From NCBI GenBank assembly GCA_964016885.1, contig OZ024740.1:268832001-268896000 (forward strand): a stretch of 64,000 bases of DNA, read 5' to 3'. This DNA is from Eledone cirrhosa. Its lineage: Eukaryota. The translations under genes were made by a program, and so were the position numbers. The notes beneath the pieces are model-generated. The model saw nothing but the letters and a program-made list of their open reading frames with translations, was not told the DNA's origin and searched no databases. Of this stretch, positions 55,675-64,000 are shown piece by piece. Position 1 is the stretch's first letter. The number at the start of each line of letters is the position of its first letter.

Positions 55675-56200
55675 CAGGGGACGCATTGGTGATATATAAA
55701 AATGAGCATGATGTGTCACTTAATATTCATATTAAGTAGCGCTCGAATTCTTGGAAATCACAGGAGGTAATATTTGCATTACAGATTATGAATTTTCTTA
55801 GGTAATGCTTATGTCCTTGTTTTACAGATTATTGATGTGAGTTTAGAATAAATGGTTAGATAAATACGTTTTTCATTTATTTCTACCGTCTTGTATATGT
55901 TAATACAAATCCTAAAGAAACAACTAACACTCATAAAAAAGGAACAAATAGGACCTACGTTTAACACACCTTCTATGTAAACGTTTGCACAAAGTTTGTG
56001 TGTTTTGCATGCAGATATAGTCTTAGATATTTATACAGTTTAGTACTATGTGATGATTATGTGAGATATTGCCTCATTTGATGTATGTTTTGTTATTCTT
56101 TCTTACAATCGTTTTACATTCTCCGTCTTTGATTCCCATTCAAGAAGCTTCAACTTAGTCATTACCGAAATCAACGCGGTCATATAACATTCGTCCATAT
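55573..56200 (-). mobile_element. Inverted TIR-element ends: left end 55573-55635, right end 55675-56200
   Basis: tatatcaccaaagcggcccctg-(TA)n-caggggacgcattggtgatatataaaa; the body is the reverse complement of 49545-50067. Confidence 0.8.
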
Positions 56201-56419
56201 ATATATATATTTATTAAAATAACAGATTAAAGTTTAAGCAAAGAATCGATGGTTTCACAAATTTAATCTGTTATTTTAATAAAAATTTGCTCTACGGTTC
56301 TTATATATCTAATATATATTTATCCTTATCGAGCCCTCTTTGGATTTTAGTCTTCAAATTTATTATTATTACTATATATATATATATATATATATATAGA
56401 TATATATATATAAATATAT

Positions 56420-56623
56420 AAGTATGTACACGTACATACATATATGTATACAGACATACAGTAGTATGTATATATATATACATACATGCACACATATATA
56501 TAGCTACGTATGGATTCACCGAACATTTATTATAATGCTCGGTGTGTTTGTAAACAAACATCCCGTATTAAGCCGTAGTGTCTAGCAACCATCGTTGCTC
56601 GTTTGTTCAACACTGACAAAGGA
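56420..56623 (-). mobile_element. Diverged relative of the retrozyme-like unit
   Basis: Minus strand tcctttgtcagtgttgaacaaa...ttataataa...tgtctgtatacatatatgtatgtacg aligns with the unit from 51242 onward. Confidence 0.7.
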
Positions 56624-56627
56624 TATA

Positions 56628-57119
56628 TATATAAAGAATGAATAATAACAGGTAGACATCATAAAAAGGTAATTTATTCCGTGTGCTTACAAGTGTTTCC
56701 ACGGTGGTACTGCAGCCTAGTTATGCTACGTGCAAATTCACAAGTACTTGCAGAACTCAAATATCCAATGCTGTGACTACTGTTTCCTCTGCTCTGAGGA
56801 AACAGTGGTTACAGCATTGGATATTTGAGTTCTGTAAGTACTTGTGAATTTGCACGTAGCATAACGAGGCTGAATTTGCACGTAGCATAACTAGGCTGCA
56901 GTACCACCGTGGAAACACTTGTAAGCACACGGAATAAATTACCTTTTTATGATGTCTACCTGTTATTATTCATTCTTTATATACACTCCGGAATACTGAA
57001 GGATCAGGAACTAAGTTTCTTCAACAATTCTTCCATAACTCGTAGAGTAACCTCTTACCGTACGTCAACCATATCCAGTGTTGTAATTAACCATTACTAC
57101 ATCTTGGATAATCCTATAC

Positions 57120-57122
<3 letters not shown>
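56628..57122. mobile_element. Fold-back pLTR fragment (arms 56628-56789 / 56797-56983) with tail
   Basis: Inverted arms joined at the HHR core; TA flanks. Confidence 0.8.
56790..56927 (+). ncRNA. Hammerhead ribozyme with ~110-nt stem II
   Basis: tgct-CTGAGGA-aacagtggt...accaccgtg-GAAACACTTGTA-agca. Confidence 0.72.
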
Positions 57123-57164
<42 letters not shown>

Positions 57165-57289
57165 ATTATCAAGATATGATAAATACATTTTTTCCAATCT
57201 CCTATATCCTTTTAAATTTATTTATCATATCTTGATTAGACACTACCTTGCTCACAAGTGTATTTTTTAAGCTTCATATGATGTCTCCC

Positions 57290-57360
57290 TATTTTATCTG
57301 ATGAGAACGCAAATATCGTCCCAGGATGATATTTGTTTTTGAAATACGCATAATAAAATA
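57290..57360 (+). ncRNA. Type I hammerhead ribozyme in a pLTR fragment (~57160-57480)
   Basis: tattttat-CTGATGA-gaacgcaaatatcgtcc ca ggatgatatttgttttt-GAAATACGCATA-ataaaata; 8-bp stem I. Confidence 0.85.
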
Positions 57361-57865
57361 CATGGAAATTTTTTAACCATCTTTTAATTTCTTCTTATAT
57401 ATATACTCCAGTCCAATAACTGTTGAGTGCTACTTATCCGATATTTGCATTGCTTTATTTTGCTACAATAAAACTCACCGCCTAACTAAACAGTTTCGTG
57501 AAATAGTCTTTTTAACACTATATAGAGCATTTGTAGTTTTTCCAAATTGAAGGATGAGTATTTAACCTTAATTTTATTCTGAGTTACGTCTCTATTGGTT
57601 TTTGCCTGGATTTCACAAAATCTGTGGATAAAATTTCTGTCTTGACTTTTTTTTTTAATTGAGTTTGAACTATTTTCCCATATCTTACGTTAAATATTTT
57701 CCATCTTGACGTTATAGTCACTTATATATTATGAAATACTGTTGGCTTCTTGCTCACATTAATTTCTATATTTTCATTTATATATGTTTATCGCGGGTTC
57801 AATCGGGGGTAACCACAACAGTAAGTAAGGTACTAAATACATAGCAGAGTATAAATATTTAATAT

Positions 57866-57928
57866 AGAAATGGCTTCCTGATGATTTCTGGCGAATGAAA
57901 CAGTTCTAGTCATGTAGAAGCCATTTCT
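57866..57928 (+). ncRNA. Type I hammerhead ribozyme (family D fragment 57786-57928)
   Basis: agaaatggcttc-CTGATGA-tttctggcgaat-GAAACagttctagtcatGTA-gaagccatttct. Confidence 0.85.
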
Positions 57929-57952
57929 CTCTCTCTCCCTTTCTCTCTCCCC

Positions 57953-58010
<58 letters not shown>

Positions 58011-58014
<4 letters not shown>

Positions 58015-59330
58015 TTAGCAAAAAACCCATAACGCTCCCAACAAGCACTATTGAATCTGCACTAAAAGAAATCAAGCCAAAGAGGTAAACAGTATGGAAG
58101 TGTGTCAGTGCTCTTTAAGAGCGAAACTCTGGCACAAAAACACTCGTTTCACCCAATAAAAATGGATCAACACATCTTCTTCCCCACATACATGGGAAGA
58201 AGATCCTACAAAATAAAAAATAACCAGGATCCCAGCAGAGGTCAACATATAGTGGATCCTACGCTGCATCCTGAAGAAGGATGAGGACACCCTACTATCT
58301 GTAGACAGGACAGACCAGCATAACTGGTTTGGAACCTGCATCGAGGTTCTGGTACAAATGAGACCAGAGAGAGTTGAGAAAATACCGGACAGGATCGTCC
58401 TTGAGGAAGATGTCATCTCCATTAAAGTGGAGGGGAAAGACCTCAGTGCCATAAGTGTGGGAAAACCACACACTTAAAGGCCTTTTGCCCTCTCTTAAAC
58501 AAACGGAGGACAAAGAAGGTGGTATTACCAACACCAAAACCCTAACATCAACACCCCTAACCAAGCACAACACAAAAACCTGCAACATCCACTCCCACAC
58601 CACCACAGACCAGAGACAACCACACACACAAAAAATCCCACTGAAAAACCATCCATTTCCCCCCACCCCCTATCAACTACTTCCACAAACACCTGCACAA
58701 ACACTCCACCACACAACATACCCCTCCTATCTACCCTTGATTCAGAAGTCTCAGACACGGGAACCTCTACATATCCAAGCGAGAATGAAGAGGAACCCCA
58801 AAAATCCCAAAAACAAAAAAGACACAAAAAGACACAAAAACATCTACAGAAAACACGTACACACCCCACCCCACCACAAACACACCGCCACAAACGACAA
58901 ACACACCAACAACACAATCACCACCATCACAACCAAACACTTCACCAACAAAACAAACACCCATACCACCACAATCTCAAACTCCAACCACAAAAAGAAA
59001 ATTATAAACAGAAACAGTACACAAAAAACAAATCACATTACACATACATAAAAACAAGAAACAAAGAACTGGTGGAAACTGTCCGAAAGGATCCCACAAT
59101 ACAAACGGAATGGAAAACCTTCCCCACCAACGGTCCACCCCAAAACCTCAAACTTATTAGGGTAACAACCCTAGAGTATGAAACTTTAAAAGAGAACTTC
59201 CCACATGATGTGGACCCCCCTTGCCAAAAGCCCTTAACCGTGTCCTGCTAAAAGATTCCCTCCCTCCCCAAACACCACCAATCTGGACATGGAGATCGAA
59301 CAACCCGACCTCCAGGAAACGAATAGCTAA
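58011..59330 (+). pseudogene. LINE ORF1 (gag-like) remnant
   Basis: Hand translation of 58447-58491 gives CHKCGKTTHLKAFCP (CX2CX4HX4C), followed by a low-complexity T/P/Q-rich region. Confidence 0.72.
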
Positions 59331-59370
59331 GTGTTCCTGCCTTTTTTATCCTTAACTCTTCTTCGCCAAC

Positions 59371-62300
59371 ATGGCGACTATACAAGCTGGTTGTTTGAAT
59401 GTACGTGGCCTGGGCATGTCCTGAAAACAGGGCCAGCTTTTAAATGATCTCAGGTCACATTGTATAGATGTGATAGACATCACCGAGTCCAGGATTCACG
59501 ACAAGCAGCAGCTAACCCCCATGTTCGATGATTTTGAGATCTACGCATCTCTCTGTCAGCCAGGAGGTGGAGGGGGAGTTGCTGTTCTGTTTCGGAAAAA
59601 CTTGGATCTCAAAATACAGACGATTCACTTGGACCCGGAGGGCAGCCTGGGGGTCCTGGACGTGAATGGTAGTGAAGGTGGAGCTTTCAGATTGGTGGCC
59701 ATATATGCCCCGACTGGGACATCGCGATCAGAGTTCTTCAAGCGTCTGGAGCCATTCCTGGGAACGTCTCGCTCCTTAGTGTTAGCGGAGGACTGGAATG
59801 GCATCTTACACGCACGTTGGGACTATGTAGGAGCTTGTGATAATAGAGGGGGTGTAATAGCCTCAAAAATCTCATCAGCCAATACCAACTGGCTGATAGA
59901 TATCGACTAGACTTCCCAAGTGCACCACTATGGACGTGGAGCAACCGCACTGGGTCTTCTAGATCGTATTTAGATAGATTTTTAATTAGACAGAATGATA
60001 AGGAAACATTAAGATGTCCACAAATGCACATGGTTGCCTATTCAGACCACAAATTAGTCACCTGCGTAATCAACCTTGATTGAACATATAGACAGGGACC
60101 CGGATACTGGAGGCTAAACATGTCTCTCCCGGCGCGTAATGCCTACAGTAAACGGATTAGCACGTTATTTAAGTGCCAGTTGACGGGGGAGATCGTCAAC
60201 AACAGGTGGTTGGGCTCTCTCAAGAGAGCAATTAGAATAGAATCGATAGCATTTAGCAAGGAAGTAGCTTTAGAAAAATACAAAACTGAAAACGAACTGG
60301 TAGCTAAAGTAGAAGATGCACTTAGGAATGGCAGTACAGCTGACGTGCTAGCGGCGAGAACGGCACTAAACAGGTTCTTCAACGTGAAACACGAAGGTTG
60401 TATTGTCAGAAGTAGGACACGTGCTCTAAGAAACGAGGGAGCCAAAACTGTTAGCTGGGCCCGAGTGGCAGAGGCGAAAAGTGGAAACAAATCCACAATT
60501 CGGTCTTTGCAAGACAAAGATGGACGCATTATACTTGAATCCAAGAAGATGTGCACGGCCTTCCAGCAGCATTTTGCACAACTATTCGGGCAAAGCGCTA
60601 CATGGAGCGAGGTGATGGACTTCAGCTCCTACCTCGACGGCGTACCGCGACTTTCGAGCACGGATGCTGAGAGCTGCGAAAAGCCGATCACAGCGGTCGA
60701 AATAGAAGGTGCCATAGGCCGCTGCGGGAAACGCAAATCACCCGGTTTAGATGGTCTACCTTATGAGTTTTACATAGACATGCCAGACTTGTTCGCTGGC
60801 GTCCTCAAAGCAGTCTACTGCAACTGGCAGCAGAACGGAAGGATTCCCAGTTCTGTAGGCAGAGGCGTAGTAACGCTGATCAGTAAAGATGAGAACAAGG
60901 GGGATGAGATAAGCAATTTCAGGCCCATAACTCTACTCAAGACAAAGTTAAAGATTTGGGCCAAGGTGTTAGCAGCGAGGCTGGCCCTTGTCGTCGAGAA
61001 CCTGGTAGGAGAAGCCCAAACGTGTGCAATCCCGACGAGGTCCTTACACGTCAACCTCCACCTCATGCGATACATCATAGAGAGGATTGGGTGTAAACCT
61101 GGCTTCGGTGGGGCTCTGATCAATTTAGATCAGTCTAAGGCATTTTATAGGGTCGACCATCAATACTTGGAAGCAGTTCTCAAGGCGGCCGGCTTCGGTC
61201 CCGTCTCAGAGGCTGGATCGCTGCCATGCACACCAGCATCTGCTCGGCAGTCAAAGTGAATGGCTACCTATCAGAGCCATTCCAAATCATGCGTTCCATC
61301 CGTCAGGGATGCGCTCTCTCCTCCATTATGTATGTACTGACTCTCGAGCCGTTACTGCGGAAGTTGGAGATGTTACAGGGCATCCCGATCGAACCAGGAC
61401 TGCGGAACACAGCGTCGGCCTATGCCGACGACATAACCGTAATGGTGTCGAAAACCTCGGAAATCAGGGTAATCGGCAACCTATTACAGGAATACGAAAC
61501 GTTGACAGGAGCAAGACTAAACCCAAACAAACCTGTCGGTTTGCAACTGGGCACATGGAGAGGCAAGCCCATGCCTTCCGACAGTGTCGTTGGACGCTGG
61601 ACGGGAGGACCGGTGAAATTGCTCGGAGTCTGGTTTGGTCCAGACCTCCAGGTGGACAAGAATTGGAACGAGGTCACGGCGAAGGTGTTTGCACTCACCC
61701 AGAAGTGGGCTAAATGCAAACTCTCCTTGAAAGGTCGAGCGGAGGTGGCGAACACTTACTTAGCGTCCGTCATCTACTACCGCTTGACAGTCGTGCCTTG
61801 CCCCCGCGAATACCTTACCAAAATGGAACGCCTACTCTTCAAGTTCCTCTGGAAGAAACAGGCTCTATTGGTGAGGAGATCCATCTGCTGTCAACACCCT
61901 TCTAACGCAGGGCTGGATATGCCGTGGCTGATGATGCGCAAACAAGCGAAGACCGAAAATGGGCGCCTGGCACCTCGAGTGTCTACAGGCGCTCACAGCC
62001 ATCTACCAAGCGGAAATGGCAATCAGCGGAGACTCCACTTCGACATTCTATAGGGGATGAGTGGAGGATAGGTGCGACGACGTTCTCGGGGAAACTCTAG
62101 GTTCACGGAGGACGAACTAACCAGTCTGTTCGGGGGGACTTTCCATCCAGGGCCTATGGATAACTTCCAGAGGTCTATAGCCTAGCAATGCTACCGAGGA
62201 GCTCTACCAGTTCGAGACAAAATCTATAGGCAGGGACGCCCTGGCAGAGATCCTGCCAAAAGGACCTGTCGAAGATGCGAGCAGGACATCGAAACCGTTC

Positions 62301-62672
62301 TGCACACAATTGTTCAGTGCCCGGGGGTGTCCGACCTGTGGAATTATGTCGAACAGCTGCTGTCACGTGTGGGACGCAACCAGTTGTCAGCCGAGTCCAT
62401 CGTGAGGATCACCCCGCCGCCTTCATTTAAGAACGAAGGAGAGGCGGTTTTCATCTGTCTGGTGGCTATCGCGAAAGAGGTAATATGGTGGACGAGGTTA
62501 AAAGGACTGAGGGCAAACTCCTTTCTCTCCGGACAACAACTTATCCCCTTCTTTAAGAAGGAAGGTAAGAGTGGAGAGAGAGGTGCTACACCCCAGTAAA
62601 TTCGCTGAAAGGTGGGTGAATGTGGCAAAAATGGCCCGAGTGAATGGGCCTTCTCTGTATATAAACCTGTAA
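59371..62672 (+). pseudogene. LINE ORF2: APE endonuclease, reverse transcriptase and zinc finger, frameshifted
   Basis: GCLNVRGL, IYAP, EDWN, YLDR, SDH; KSPGLDGLPYEFY, NFRPITLL, LDQSKAF, IRQGCALS, YADD, LSLKGR. Confidence 0.93.
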
Positions 62673-62918
62673 GTTGAGGAAGATAAACAGAGGGTAGACA
62701 GGAACACCTACAAAACGTGTTCCTGTGTTGAGGGTTGTTCTCTCCACGGGGTGTAAAACAACCCTGTAGTAACGTTCCCTCCTACTGGGGATTTCAATTG
62801 TTATTTTATTATATAATAGTTTATTGTTATTTATTAATGTTAAAGTTATTTTTATGTAAAACCCCTGCCGTCACATCTTGTAATGTCCGATTTTTGTGGC
62901 AAATAAGAAATATATATA

Positions 62919-63115
<197 letters not shown>

Positions 63116-63699
63116 ATATATATATATAAATATTTCGTATCTCCAAAGAAATAAGGTTTTAGGAAGCCGTAGCTATGCAAACACTGGGGGGGGGGGGGGC
63201 TAACGCCCTCTGGTGATGTCCAGCAGAAGCAAGGGCGACAACCGTCTTTTATATATATATATACATATATATATATATAAATCCGTATGCAGTTGGCGGA
63301 GATGGCAAGTTATGGTGAGAATTCTTTTATTAAATATTATTTGTTCATGTGTGTAGCGTTATCGAAAATATACGTGCGTGTATGATACAACGGTCTGACC
63401 CGTAAGATTGTGGTGTCTGGTGCGTGTGTGTGCTGAGGGATTTGAAGAAATTGAGTTAGCAAATTAAGACCATTTAAATGTTGACAACAATCCAGATGCA
63501 AGAGGTTGGTGGTCTCATGTGAAAAGAGCCTGAATCCTGAATGGTCTCTGGTGGAGTGAGTGCAAGAATAGGAATAGTGCGTAATTGTTTCCGTATACTT
63601 AAGTATCAGTGGAACCCTTTGGAACAATCCTTTTTCGTGAGTCTTGTGCAAGCCCTCACAATGTGCGTAGCAATCTCTATCCATTCCCCCTCACTCTGT

Positions 63700-64000
63700 A
63701 TTGCTCTGAAGTTAACTGAATATAATCGTTATGTCGTTTGTTTTCAATACCTTCTCTTGAACCGCCATAACATTACGTTCCGTTTCACTCTTCAAATCTC
63801 TTCCAAGTACAGTGATTAACGTTGTGACTACTTGTTCAATACCTGGGTAACCTGTTGATGGAAACGTAGACATACAGATCACTTCTCGCATTTAAATAGT
63901 ATCATCAATCTTTGGCAACCTAGAATCTAAAGTCTGGTCACAGTGCCATATGAAGAATTGCACTGAAATCATGGTATATTTTTCTTTCTGTACTGCTGTA
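63700..64000 (+). mobile_element. Highly degenerate RTE/BovB-like RT remnant
   Basis: Hand translation VDIQITSRI*IVSSIFGNLESKVW...TEIMVY resembles IDxEIxxRIxKASxAFGxLxxRVW...TKxxVY. Confidence 0.5.

Larger units (their letters stand above)
58011..62910 (+). mobile_element. Near full-length L1/Tx1-clade LINE, degenerate
   Basis: ORF1 remnant with CCHC knuckle, ORF2 with APE and RT, A-rich 3' end, flanked by (TC)n/(TA)n. Confidence 0.92.

Noticed and set aside
63337-63684. 115-aa minus-strand ORF
   Set aside because: No recognisable motif beyond a weak HSGFR similarity to RT; likely decayed repeat.

Overview
This is AT-rich eukaryotic DNA made almost entirely of transposon debris embedded in (TA)n/(CA)n microsatellites. 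The repeat content suggests a mollusc, probably an octopus (inference only). No host gene or RNA gene is supportable, and nearly all track ORFs are microsatellite read-through. Recognisable elements are an RTE LINE 3' end, a Vingi/Ingi-like relic, a near full-length Tx1/L1-clade LINE, CRE-like, mariner and Helitron remnants, about 12 tRNA-derived Meta-domain-like SINEs, and a tandemly duplicated TIR element. The dominant component is many Penelope-like elements (PLEs; RT plus GIY-YIG, mostly Naiad-like) and their short terminal-repeat (pLTR) fragments, inserted in (TA)n as fold-back structures. Reading by eye gives more than 15 type I hammerhead ribozyme (HHR) motifs, including giant-stem-II and U4A core variants, and a tandem ~480-bp HHR-bearing retrozyme-like array whose empty site is visible in a paralogous copy. 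The most notable signal is a covarying bulged hairpin, (R)CUC-[stem-loop]-NN-GAG(Y), shared by otherwise dissimilar PLE families downstream of the ribozyme. Insertion 3' ends repeatedly fall 1-6 nt upstream of it, making it a candidate cis-signal for reverse-transcription initiation. All calls and structures were made by eye, so boundaries are approximate.
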